From: Anaerolineae bacterium
Lineage (GTDB): Bacteria > Chloroflexota > Anaerolineae > B4-G1 > DUEL01
Length of the DNA stretch: 64,000 bases
Assembly (NCBI GenBank): GCA_041082215.1
Contig: JBDOIF010000120.1
Span: forward strand, 1-64,000
Reading direction: 5' to 3'
The notes under the pieces are model-generated. The model did not search any database and was not told the DNA's origin. It was given only the letters and a program-made list of their open reading frames with translations. Shown here piece after piece: positions 20,460-32,700 of this stretch (its first letter is position 1; each line of letters opens with the position of its first letter). The position numbers and the translations under genes were made by a program.

Positions 20460-21094
20460 TTCTCGATGTCCCTCCGTCCCTCCCGTGTCCCTGTGGTGGA
20501 GGATTCCTTCACCGTATAGATCCCCGGCAGGCTCACCAGGGTCACCGCTCCTTTCAGGAGCACGTTGGCCCAGAAGATGGACCAGACGGTAGGGGCGGGA
20601 AGGACGCCTCCGAAGGCCCCCCAGCAGAAGATGAGGCTATCCAGCGGGACGCTGATCCCGTTGCTCACCAGCACCCGCGTCCACTGGAAGCGGCGGGTGA
20701 TGCGGGTGACCCAGAGGTGGTAGACCTCGGTGTCGGTCAGCTCGCTGAAGAGCTCGGCGACGATGGAGGCGATGACGATGCGCCAGACCGGGGTGAGGAC
20801 GGCGGCGAACTCCCGCTGGAGCGGCCAGGTTGGGTCTGGCGGGAGCCAGGCGGCGAAGGCGAATAGCCCGGCCATCGCCAGGTTGATCACCCCCGCCGCA
20901 ACGATGACCGTCCGTGCTGCCGGGCGCCCCAGCAGTTTATGCACCATATCGCGCAGGGTGAAGGTGAAGGGATAGATAAAGGTGCCCGCATCCACGCTGA
21001 AGCCGGCCACCCAGGCGATCTTCAGGCTCAGTACGTCCGAAAGCATCTGGGCAGCGATGTAGGCGGAGACGACGAGGACAGCGGGAGTGGTCAT
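20453..21094 (-). CDS. Queuosine precursor transporter (YhhQ/VUT family)
   Basis: VLSLKI, AGTFIYPFTFTLRD, RIVIAS, DSLIF; ATGA-coupled to ttuA. Confidence 0.85.
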   Translation of the reverse strand: MTTPAVLVVSAYIAAQMLSDVLSLKIAWVAGFSVDAGTFIYPFTFTLRDMVHKLLGRPAARTVIVAAGVINLAMAGLFAFAAWLPPDPTWPLQREFAAVLTPVWRIVIASIVAELFSELTDTEVYHLWVTRITRRFQWTRVLVSNGISVPLDSLIFCWGAFGGVLPAPTVWSIFWANVLLKGAVTLVSLPGIYTVKESSTTGTREGRRDIEKC

Positions 21095-22038
21095 GGTGCT
21101 GGTTGCTGGTTGCTGGTTGCGGGTTGCTGGTCCCACAGGCGGCAGAAGGCGCAGGGGCCGGGGACGCTGGTGGGCTGCCCGCAGACGGGACAGGGGTGCA
21201 GCTCCACCCGGTCTGCCTGCTCCTTGAACAGCCCATCCTCACGGGCGCGGAGGAAGCTCAGGTAGAACTGGAGTTTCGACCCCGGAGAGCTGACCTCCAG
21301 TCGGTTGAGCAGCTCCTTGTAAAAGATGGTGGTGCTCCCCTCGGCGAACGGACATTCCTCGTAGATGTAATCAATCCCCCGCATCAGGGCATAGGCGGCC
21401 ACCTCCCGCTCGTAGAACCGGCAGAAGGGCTTTACCTTACGGGCCAGTCCCTCCTGCTCCTCCAGCACAGGGGCCTGGCGGGCCAGATAACCCACCTGCC
21501 AGCGAAGGGTGTTGCTCAGAAGGACCGCCACCTCGTCGTCCAGGTTGTGGCCGGTGGCGAGGACATTGTAGCCCTGCTCCTGGGCGATCCGGTTCATCTC
21601 ATGCCGTTTGATCAGCCCGCACACGGAGCAGGGCTTCCCCCGCCCCCGCAGCTTCCGCCGCGCCGTCTCGGGGATGGACTCCCCGTATCCGGCGACCACG
21701 TCCACCACGTGGAGCCGGACTTCGGGATGGTCAGCGGCGAATGCCTCCACCTTCTGGAACGAGAGGGCGGAGTAGCCGAAGCCGCCGTCTATGCCCAGAT
21801 TGATGTACAGACCGTCGGCCCGGTAGCCCAGGCGGAGGAGGACGTCCCAGAGGCTGAGGCTGTCCTTCCCGCCGGAAACCGCCACCAGGACCCGCTCGTC
21901 GGGGCGGAACATCCTGTACCTGTGGATCGTCCGCTCCGTCTGGTTCTGGAACCACTCCAGGTAGTGCTCTTCACAAAGCGCCAGCTTGTGGTGCCGCATG
22001 TTGAACGCGGCCCGCTGCCCACATTTGCGACACTTCAT
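21091..22038 (-). CDS. ttuA: tRNA 2-thiolation enzyme TtuA (TIGR00269-like)
   Basis: N-terminal CRKC..C..H zinc finger, PP-loop SGGKDS, CSVC, TGHNLDD, ECPF, C-terminal CPVC/CAFC. Confidence 0.9.
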   Translation of the reverse strand: MKCRKCGQRAAFNMRHHKLALCEEHYLEWFQNQTERTIHRYRMFRPDERVLVAVSGGKDSLSLWDVLLRLGYRADGLYINLGIDGGFGYSALSFQKVEAFAADHPEVRLHVVDVVAGYGESIPETARRKLRGRGKPCSVCGLIKRHEMNRIAQEQGYNVLATGHNLDDEVAVLLSNTLRWQVGYLARQAPVLEEQEGLARKVKPFCRFYEREVAAYALMRGIDYIYEECPFAEGSTTIFYKELLNRLEVSSPGSKLQFYLSFLRAREDGLFKEQADRVELHPCPVCGQPTSVPGPCAFCRLWDQQPATSNQQPAP

Positions 22039-22041
22039 CTC

Positions 22042-23199
22042 CTACTTTAACTTTTCCTCCCCTCCAAACGGCCGGTACGGGCTCAGCTCCTCCAGGACCT
22101 CCTGCTCTTCCTGTGTCAGACGGTCCTGGACCAGGTGGGAGAGCAGGACACCCAGGCCCGGCCCCAGCATATATCCCTGCCCGCACATCCCCACGGCGAA
22201 GATATATCCTTCCAGCTCCCGTGCCCGACCCACGATGGGGGAGCCGTCGGGGGTCATCGGGTAGAGTCCTCGCCAGGTGCGCCGGACCCTGATGTTGGCC
22301 AGTTTCGGCATCAGGTCTACCATCCGGGGGGCGATCATCGGCAGGAAAGTGGAGGTCTCCCGCCGGTCAGTGCCGACAATGGGAGGCTCCGGTGTGATGC
22401 AGAAGACGACCGCCCCGGTCCGGTGCTGGTAGAAGTAGTAGTTCTTGGACCCTTCAGCGGGGCGGATGTCCACCACCATTGGCTCGACGAAGCGGGCGAC
22501 CGGCTCGGTGATCCCCGCCTCGTGGCTGTCCGGTATCACCGGCGTGTCCAGCCCAGCCATCTGGGCCGCTGCCCGCGCCCAGGGGCCAGCGGCGTTGATG
22601 ACGACTTCGGTGGCATATCCCCCCTTATCGGTGCGGACCCCCACCACCCGCCCCCGGCGACGGATGATGCCGGTCACTCGCTCCTGGAAGCGGAACTCTG
22701 CCCCCCGTTCCTTTGCCCGGATGTAGAAGGCGTGGGCGGTCAGGAGGGGCGAAGCGGAACCATCCTCCGGCGAGTAAGTCCCCCCGATCAGCCCCTCCGG
22801 GTTCAGGTCCGGGATCACCTCCAGAAGCTCCTCACGGTCCAGCCAGTTGATGTTCAGCCCGTAGGAATGCTGGACCTTCAACAGATCCTTCAGCACCCGC
22901 TCTTCCCGCTCTCCGTAGGCGACGAAGGAGTAGCCTCCCTGGTACCATTCGATGTTGTCCCCGTAGACCTCTTCCCAGGTGGAGAAGATCTCGATGGACT
23001 TGAGGCAAAGGCGGATTTTGGCGGGGGTGGAGTGGGTGGCGCGGATGCCGCCGATGGCGGCCTTGTTGGAACCCTGCCCGGGGCTGGCAAACTGGTCAAT
23101 GACCAGGGGGTTGAGGCCGGCCTCGGCCAGGTAGAAAGCAGCGGGTAGGCCGACGCTGCCGGCGCCAATGATGATGACGTCGTACACCTGAGTGGTCAT
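22042..23199 (-). CDS. FAD-dependent oxidoreductase (sarcosine oxidase beta / proline dehydrogenase-like)
   Basis: IIIGAGSVG, VINAAGPWA, TWRGLYPMTPDGSPIVG, GMCGQGYMLGP; ATG 23199 with GGAGG. Confidence 0.88.
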   Translation of the reverse strand: MTTQVYDVIIIGAGSVGLPAAFYLAEAGLNPLVIDQFASPGQGSNKAAIGGIRATHSTPAKIRLCLKSIEIFSTWEEVYGDNIEWYQGGYSFVAYGEREERVLKDLLKVQHSYGLNINWLDREELLEVIPDLNPEGLIGGTYSPEDGSASPLLTAHAFYIRAKERGAEFRFQERVTGIIRRRGRVVGVRTDKGGYATEVVINAAGPWARAAAQMAGLDTPVIPDSHEAGITEPVARFVEPMVVDIRPAEGSKNYYFYQHRTGAVVFCITPEPPIVGTDRRETSTFLPMIAPRMVDLMPKLANIRVRRTWRGLYPMTPDGSPIVGRARELEGYIFAVGMCGQGYMLGPGLGVLLSHLVQDRLTQEEQEVLEELSPYRPFGGEEKLK

Positions 23200-23259
23200 A
23201 TATACCTCCATGCGATTCGAGGCGACCTTAGAAGAACGGCCCGGTAGACATATCGCTGG

Positions 23260-24468
23260 CTACAGCAGTATACTCACCAGCACCAGCATCGCAACTGCCA
23301 GCGCTGCGCCGGCGATAAACACGCCCCCCACTCCCGAAAACCCCAGCACCATCCCCATCAGGAGCGGCCCCGCCGTCTGGCCCAGCCGAAGGGCCATCCC
23401 GCTGAGCGACATAAACGCCGCCCGTTGCTCCATCGGGGCCATCCCGGCGATGAGCGCCTGGATGCTGGGGACGTTCAACCCGTGGCCGATGCCGAAGAGG
23501 ATAACCGGGACGATCAGCAAATCCAGGCGAGGCACCAGCGGGAACAACAGCAGGGCCAGTGCGTAGAAAGCAAAGGCTATCCTGAGGATCGCCTTCTCCG
23601 TGTAAGCTCTAGCCAGCCGCCCCAACTGGGAGGAGACAAGGGCTGTGGTCAGGGACATGCCCGACATCATCAGGCCGATGACAAAGGGGGGCGCAGCGAA
23701 CGATCCCTCCATCAGAAACGGCAGGTGGGTCATGTAGGAGCCGTAGAGAATGACGAAGGCCACGAACCCGGCCAGGAACGCGCAGGCCACGCGCAGGCTC
23801 TTGAGGCTCTTCCACGCCTGGCCCAGATAGATGCCAAGCTGTTGCCGGTCCGTTGGTTCGGGGTTCTTCAGCCCGAACAGGACCAGGAATCCGATCGGCA
23901 ATGCAAGCAGGGGCAGGAAGAATGGGTACCGCCACCCCAGGGATGCCAGCGCCCCACCAATGGCAGGATAGCTGGCGGTGCCGACGCTGAGGACACTGGC
24001 ATTATACCCCATTGCCGTGATCCGCTGCTGGCCGGTATAGAGATCGCCGATCAGGGTGACGTTGAGGGAGCCGAGGGAGGCCGCCCCAACCCCCTGCAGA
24101 AAGCGCAGGCCCAGCAAGAGGTTGAAATCGCGGGCCAGCGCACAGCTTCCCCCGGCCAGGCCGAAGAGCAGAAGGGAGGGCACAAGCACCCGCTTACGGC
24201 CCCACCGGTCGGCCATAACCCCCAGGACGGGGGTCAATACAACGCCGGGCAGGGTGAAAACGGTGATCAGCAGCCCGACTCTCTGGGAGGAAAGGTGGAG
24301 TTCCTGCCCGATCCTGGGGAAGGCGGGCGTGATGCTGGCAACGCCCAGCACGGCCATCAACGTGATGCTGAAGACAATCTGGAGGTTGGGGTCGCAGTAG
24401 AGCCGCCTCCCGGAAAGCCTCTTCTCACTGTTCACTCTCCCGCAGGCCCCGGTTTGACTTTCTGCCAT
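23260..24468 (-). CDS. MFS transporter
   Basis: 12-TM pattern, motif A GVMADRWGRKR. Confidence 0.88.
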   Translation of the reverse strand: MAESQTGACGRVNSEKRLSGRRLYCDPNLQIVFSITLMAVLGVASITPAFPRIGQELHLSSQRVGLLITVFTLPGVVLTPVLGVMADRWGRKRVLVPSLLLFGLAGGSCALARDFNLLLGLRFLQGVGAASLGSLNVTLIGDLYTGQQRITAMGYNASVLSVGTASYPAIGGALASLGWRYPFFLPLLALPIGFLVLFGLKNPEPTDRQQLGIYLGQAWKSLKSLRVACAFLAGFVAFVILYGSYMTHLPFLMEGSFAAPPFVIGLMMSGMSLTTALVSSQLGRLARAYTEKAILRIAFAFYALALLLFPLVPRLDLLIVPVILFGIGHGLNVPSIQALIAGMAPMEQRAAFMSLSGMALRLGQTAGPLLMGMVLGFSGVGGVFIAGAALAVAMLVLVSILL

Positions 24469-24480
24469 GCTTGCCCCTGT

Positions 24481-26861
<2,381 letters not shown>

Positions 26862-26899
26862 TTCTGCCTCCTCGATTTTTTAATTTTTACGAGGGAATC

Positions 26900-27403
26900 T
26901 TACGGATGTTCCACTGGCTGCAGGTAATTTCCCACTGCCCACCCCTGGCGGGTCTCATCGTCAGGGTCCCGCACCAGCCACCAGACGTAGCCGCCCGTTT
27001 CGCGCGGCCCGTCCAGGACGATGAACACCTCCCCTTCGTAGCCGACCCCCAGCCGCGGGCTGTTGACGTCGGGGCTCTGCCGCAGGCTGACCCCTGCGCC
27101 TTCGGTGCCGCTCACCCGCACGTACCGGCCCACCGCGATCTCCGGGGAGACGGTGGGGGTGGGGATGGGGGTTTCGGTGGGGGTGGGGGCGGGGGTGAAG
27201 GTGGGTGTGGGGGTGGCGGTCCAGATAATGGGGGTGGGGTTGGGGCCGGGCAGCGGCTGACGGGAGCGGATGAGGTAGAAGGCCCACAGGCCGCACGCCA
27301 CCGATGCCAGTAGCAGGACGACCAGCGCCAGCGGCCAGACGTAGGGAGGGATGGCCGCCAGGTCGCGGCGAACGTAATCATCTCCAGGCTGTCTCTCCGT
27401 CAC
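26900..27403 (-). CDS. Membrane-anchored SH3-like domain protein with PT-rich linker
   Basis: TM helix, (TP)n linker, VSLRQSP...GEVFIVLDGP...YVWW..GWAVGNYL; GTG 27403 overlaps upstream TGA. Confidence 0.78.
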   Translation of the reverse strand: MTERQPGDDYVRRDLAAIPPYVWPLALVVLLLASVACGLWAFYLIRSRQPLPGPNPTPIIWTATPTPTFTPAPTPTETPIPTPTVSPEIAVGRYVRVSGTEGAGVSLRQSPDVNSPRLGVGYEGEVFIVLDGPRETGGYVWWLVRDPDDETRQGWAVGNYLQPVEHP

Positions 27404-28575
27404 TTGCGCTCCATCCTTTCCCAGGTCAGGTTGGAGCCGAGATTGGGGTTGAAGTTCGGGTCGTCGGTGACGATGTACTCGCCCAGGGCGTTCCCCCAGG
27501 CGTACCGGTAGCCGCCGGGCAGCTCCACGCCCTGCCCGGCGAAGGAGTCGTAGTATTCGTCCACCCCCCGGATCGTCTGGCTGAACTGTGTGGCCAGCCG
27601 GTCCATCGTGTCCTGCCGCCGGTAGTAGGATTCCATCATCATATCGCTGATCTGGCTGCTGGTCTGGCTGATGATGCGGCTCAGTTGTCCTACGTTGTGG
27701 ATCTGCTGGATCTGGTTCTGGATCAGGAACTGGCTGACCTGCATATACCGCCCGTACCACTGGGGGTTGAGGCGGAAGGAACGGACGATGGATGTGAAGG
27801 TGTCGGAGAGGGAGTCGAGCTGACCGGCCAGGGCGCGGAAGGAGAAGAGGTAGTCGGCCATCCAGAAGATCATTTCATGTACGCCGAACATCGTCGGCAG
27901 GCCCACGCGGGTGATTTCGACGACGCCGTAGACGTCTTCTTCGACCTCGTGTTCGCCGTACCGGTAGCGGATGCGCACCCGCGCGCCGTCGGCGTCGGTG
28001 ATCCCGGAGGGATCCCCCGGGGTGCCGGCCCGCAACGCACGGGGCAGGTCCGGCAGGTGTTCCTGAGCGACGGCCCGCAGGCCGGGTATCCTTCCGCGGT
28101 AGCGGGGGATGACCATCTCATGCAGCACCTGCAACGCCGGGGCCGGCGGCCTGACCTCGTTGCCGAAGTAGAGGCTGCCTACGGGGAACATCCCTAACAC
28201 CATCGGGTTGTTGGTCCAGTAGCAGGAGATGTTGGGGAAAATCTCGAATGCCTCCAGGCCATGGGGGTTGTAGGCGCGGCAGGAGAGGACGGCGGGCATG
28301 CCGGGATTGTTCATCAGCCAGTGGATGCCGCCCTGGAACTCCCAGGAGGCCGGGATCAGCATGCGGAAAGCCTCGATGCCGATGCCCTGCTGGTCAATGC
28401 AGGTGATGGTCTTGAGGTGCACTCCCCACCCTCCGGCACCTTCCGGTCCGGGCGGTCCCTGGCGGACCAGAGAGGCTCCACAGTAGGCACAGGTGAGCCG
28501 TTCCCCGGTTCCTGGTGGCAACGGCGCCCCGCACTGGGGGCATTGCTGAGGGACCACTTGCTCGCCCCTGTTCAT
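27400..28575 (-). CDS. Hypothetical protein with N-terminal zinc ribbon
   Basis: CPQCGAPL...CAYCG; ATG 28575 in ATGA overlap with phosphatase stop. Confidence 0.75.
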   Translation of the reverse strand: MNRGEQVVPQQCPQCGAPLPPGTGERLTCAYCGASLVRQGPPGPEGAGGWGVHLKTITCIDQQGIGIEAFRMLIPASWEFQGGIHWLMNNPGMPAVLSCRAYNPHGLEAFEIFPNISCYWTNNPMVLGMFPVGSLYFGNEVRPPAPALQVLHEMVIPRYRGRIPGLRAVAQEHLPDLPRALRAGTPGDPSGITDADGARVRIRYRYGEHEVEEDVYGVVEITRVGLPTMFGVHEMIFWMADYLFSFRALAGQLDSLSDTFTSIVRSFRLNPQWYGRYMQVSQFLIQNQIQQIHNVGQLSRIISQTSSQISDMMMESYYRRQDTMDRLATQFSQTIRGVDEYYDSFAGQGVELPGGYRYAWGNALGEYIVTDDPNFNPNLGSNLTWERMERK

Positions 28576-29054
28576 CGCCCTAATCCTCCTTTCCCAATTC
28601 GTGCCAGAATCGTCACCAGTCGCCTGAACCCCGGCGAGCGCAGCGCCTGAGGGTTGAGCGCCTTCAGGCGGCGGATCGCCTCGGCGGGCGCAAGCCCCTG
28701 GTGGCGGATCAGGTAGCCAGCCAGCACCGCACCGGTGCGGTCGTTCCCCTGACGGCAGTGGACCAGGGTGGGGCGGCCCGCCGCCACCTCCGCCGCGATG
28801 AAGTCCACCACCTCCAGCACCTGCCGCGCCAGCCGCCGCCGCAGGACCGGCAGGAAGGCCAGCCCGCCGTTGAGGGGGACGGCAAGATGGCGGAAGCCCG
28901 CCTCCCGTATCGGTGCCCCGTCCACCCGGTTCAGCGAGACAATGGTACGGAAACCTGCGTCCCAGAGCGCCTCCAGGTCCCAGGGGGCTTCGCCTGGGCC
29001 GGGCCGCCCGGCAAGGAGACCGGGCAGTATCCAGAAGATGTGTTGTTCCGTCAT
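28572..29054 (-). CDS. Dual-specificity/protein-tyrosine phosphatase family protein
   Basis: CX5R loop VHCRQGNDRTG; ATGA-coupled to PIN gene. Confidence 0.88.
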   Translation of the reverse strand: MTEQHIFWILPGLLAGRPGPGEAPWDLEALWDAGFRTIVSLNRVDGAPIREAGFRHLAVPLNGGLAFLPVLRRRLARQVLEVVDFIAAEVAAGRPTLVHCRQGNDRTGAVLAGYLIRHQGLAPAEAIRRLKALNPQALRSPGFRRLVTILARIGKGGLGR

Positions 29055-29452
29055 TCTTTGCAGTGCAGGCTCTCCAACCGTACCCCCTCCAGAGTCTCAA
29101 ACCCGGGGTCCTTATGCACCAGAACTGCCCCGTGCTGAAAGGCGAAGGCGGCAACGAGAGCATCTGCCAGAGAAAGGCGGTGGCGCGCCTTGAAGCGTCC
29201 AGCCGTGAGCAGGGTTGGCTCGTCCACATCCCACAGAAAGGTGACCGGAAGTTGTTTCAGAAGGGCGTAGCGCCAATCGGCCACATCCTCCGTTCGTTCC
29301 TGAAGGGAGACATAATAAGCCTCCAGGAGCACCACAAAGGGCAGGAGGACATGTTCCCTGCGGAGGAGTGACTCCACCCGCTCCGCTCCTTCTCCGTCTT
29401 CCAGCAGCGTCAGGATAGCCGACGTGTCCAGAAGATATTTATCCTCGCTCAC
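29051..29452 (-). CDS. vapC: PIN-domain toxin (VapC family)
   Basis: YLLDTSA, LLEAYY, LSLADA, HKDPGF acidic PIN residues. Confidence 0.88.
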   Translation of the reverse strand: MSEDKYLLDTSAILTLLEDGEGAERVESLLRREHVLLPFVVLLEAYYVSLQERTEDVADWRYALLKQLPVTFLWDVDEPTLLTAGRFKARHRLSLADALVAAFAFQHGAVLVHKDPGFETLEGVRLESLHCKE

Positions 29453-29672
29453 GCTCCCTGTCCTCCTTACGCGCCCTCAGGAGCTGTTCCACCAGCCTCT
29501 CTCCCCGTGCACACCCCCGCAGGGCCTGGATGGGGTCGGCCGGAATGGGGACGACCCTGATGACCTGCCCATCGTCAATCCATCCCAGGGAATCCCCTCC
29601 TTTAAGGCCATACCGCTTCCGGATGGCGGCTGGGATCGCCGTCTGGGCTCGCTTCGTAATGGTCGTTCTCAT
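29439..29672 (-). CDS. AbrB/MazE/SpoVT-family antitoxin
   Basis: TTITKRAQTAIPAAIRKRYGLKGGD; ATG 29672 with GAGGTG SD; overlaps toxin start. Confidence 0.88.
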   Translation of the reverse strand: MRTTITKRAQTAIPAAIRKRYGLKGGDSLGWIDDGQVIRVVPIPADPIQALRGCARGERLVEQLLRARKEDRERERG

Positions 29673-29691
29673 TTCCGTCACCTCGCACCCC

Positions 29692-29725
29692 ATTTTACAA
29701 TGCAAATCGGAGTTATGCAAGGCAA
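29692..29725 (-). promoter_or_regulatory. TA operon promoter with overlapping TTGC/TTGCA repeats (likely operator)
   Basis: TTGCAT(29720-29715)-17-TAAAAT(29697-29692) with repeated TTGC units. Confidence 0.6.
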
Positions 29726-29747
29726 AATCTGTTTTTGGCTTGTAATA

Positions 29748-32700
29748 TCAGGGTGGGCAAACCTCCAGTGCCACGTCGTCCACGTACATCGCCGCTGTGT
29801 CGTCGTCGCCGTCGTTACGAGCACCAATGTAGAGGGTGATCGTCTGCCCTGTGTACGCGCTCAGGTCGTACTCACGCCACTCCCAGGCCTGTCCGTTGGA
29901 CCGCCAGACCTCGATGGAATGGTAATTGTTGAAGGGGTCAAACAGGCCCACATAGAACCAGTCCCCGCTGTCGTTCCCCTCACCAATGGGATAGACCCAC
30001 ATCGAAAGGGTGGCTGTGGAGCCTGTAGGCACCGTCACCTTTTGGGTGACGGAGGAATAGGCATATTGCCCCGGCTCTCCCGGTGGGATGCCCACCCGAA
30101 CACTCCGCGCGCCCGTGTGGACAACCACGGTCTCGTAAGTTGCCAGCCGGTTGAACGTCCATCCCTCGTCCGACTCGAAGCCGCCGTTGAGGATGACATC
30201 CGTGCACGGGGTCTCCCTTTCCACAAAATCATGCAAAACTGTCGGCAGCCAGAGGTGGAGGCGGGAGATAGTGAAGGTGTCGGTGACCCACCCAGAGCGG
30301 TTCCCTGCTGCATCGAAAACCTGTACCCCCCAGGTATGCGGTCCGTCGGCGATCTGGGTGAGGGTGTAGACCGATTGGGTGGTCGTGTAAGGCTGCCCAT
30401 CCAGCTCCACCCGGTAGGCCAGGGGCGAACCGCCATCCGGTCCGACGGGCATCCACTCCAGGGTCACGCCAGGCAGGCCGGGGATGGTGACCCCGCCTGT
30501 CGGGGTGATGAGGGAGGTGGCGGTGGGCGAGATTGTGTCGTAGGTGAAAACGACCTCGGCAGGTGACGGGTCGAGCTCCCCTCCGGTCGTCCGCGCGCGG
30601 GCGCGCAGGCGATAACTGTCGTCTATCAGGGGCATTGTGAGCGGATAGGTCCAGGAGAAAGTGCCGGTCGCCGTCACCCAGCTCTCCGCTGCCGACCAGA
30701 GGCTGCCCGTCCAGTACGCGCCGTCGCTCTCCCGCCGGACCTGCACCTCGACCCGGCTGAGGGTGGCCGTCCCCCCTGCTTCGGCTGTTCCTGTGAAGGA
30801 AGGGGGCGTGTTATAGGCAGCCCCGTCGCTGGGGGAGGTGATGTGGGTGTTCACTGGTGGGGGCAGGCAGAGCCCCAGGAAATCCATCACCCGCCCCATC
30901 ACGGCGGCCCGATGGTCCGGGTGGATCACCTCGAATGGGAAACCGAAGTGCACCAGCCGCCGGCAGCCGTTCCCGTACTGCACCGCCGCCACCCCGCCGG
31001 TCCCACCGCTGTAGGTCAATGCGGCGGTGGAGCCGTTGACCGGCGCGATCACGTCCGGGTAGTCGGCGTCGTACATACCAGCAGCGTCGAAACGGAAGGA
31101 GGGCAGGCCATCGAAGATGGAGCCGGGAACGGGTGCGACCTGGTAGGTACCGGCGTCGTCTCCCACATAATCGGCCCGCAGGTAGTTGTTGTAGAAACTC
31201 CGGTCGCCGGCGCTGCCCAGGTAGTCCAGATCCCAGCCGATCTCCGCGCCGCTGATGAAGAGCGCCCCGCCCCCATCCAGGAAGGTCCCAAGCAGCCCCT
31301 GTTCGGTCCCGCTCAGGGTCTCATCCTGAGTGGACTCCTCCCCCAGAATCCAGTCTACCACCGTGTAGTCGGTCAGGTCCACGTCTCCGTCCCGCACCGC
31401 CTCGTTGCTGCTGCTGTCGAAGGGGTAGGAGATGACCTCGCCGTGCTGGACGGTGTAGTTGTAGCCGTTCATCCGGTCGAGGAACATCCGCAGGTTGTAC
31501 CCCTCCACCGGGTCGTAGTCGGGGACCAGCATCGTGTTGTTCAGCCGGTCGAAGCCGCTGACCAGGAGCATGCCGGCCCCGTCGCCGACGCGGACAGCCA
31601 GGGTTTCGGTGGGGAAGGACTCGCCGCCGGCGTTGACGGCGGTGACGCGCACGAAGAGGAGTTGTCCGGGCACGAGGCCGGTGAGGGTGTAAACAGTGGT
31701 GTTTCCGACAGGGATGGAGTTCGACCAGCCGATGCCGCTGGTGGAGGTGTAGACCCGGTAGCCGGTCGCGGCGTCGCCCCGCAGCCCGACGGTGTCGGTG
31801 GGGGAGGGGCGCCAGGAAATCCGCACCCTCCCGCCGCCGACGTTCTGCACGGCCAGATGGGTGGGCGGCTCCGGCAGGAGGGTCAGGTCAATCCCGTCCC
31901 GCTGCTCGAAGTATTTGACGATGCCCTGGTAGATGGCCCGGGCGGCCAGCATCTGAAAGGCCGGCTCCTTCAGCGCCGCTGCGTCGTAGGGGTTGTCGTG
32001 GAAGGCGATCTCGACCAGCGCCCCCGGCATCCGCACCAGAGGGTTATCGTCCCACAGGAGCCGCAGCTCCCCCAGGTTCTTCAGCTTTTCCCCCCGGTCA
32101 ATCCAGTTTGGGTCCCATCCGGCGCGGATGTCGTGGACCAGCTCGGTGTGGACGGTGTGGCGCAGTTCCAGGCTCCCCTCGGTGCGGGGCAGCCCTTCCC
32201 CGTTGTGGGCATAGGTCTCCGTGCCACGGACGGTGCCGTTGTAGCCGTTGGTGTGCCAGGAGATATAGACCGCATCGTCCCCCGTTCCAGCGTGCTCCCA
32301 GCGGGCGTAGATGGGGCGGGCGATGACATCGTTGAAGTCGGTGTAGTTACTGGGATTCACCCCCATCCGCTGGACGTAGTAGTAGGCGGCCGTCTCCCAC
32401 CAGGGCTTATTCGGCGGGTAGGGGGCGGAGGTCTGGATGCCGGCCAGGCTGTTGAAGGTGCCGCCGCCGAAGCGGACCGCGTCGGCGATGACGGCGGTGC
32501 TGGAATAGGCCGAGCAGTTGGAGCAGTTGGAGAGGGTGACCGTAGCGACCTCCCCGCCCCGGAAGCCGTAGGTGCCCAGGTAGTGCCAGGTGTTGCCGTG
32601 GACCTTCTGGTTGACCACGACCTCGGTGCTGCCGCCAGCGTGGCGGACCGTGTAGCGGGCGTCGGGCGCGCGGTTGGTCCACTGTCGGTACCATGCGTAC

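Noticed and set aside
27400..29229. 609-aa ORF spanning phosphatase and PIN genes
   Set aside because: Extension is low-complexity off-frame sequence; true start is 28575
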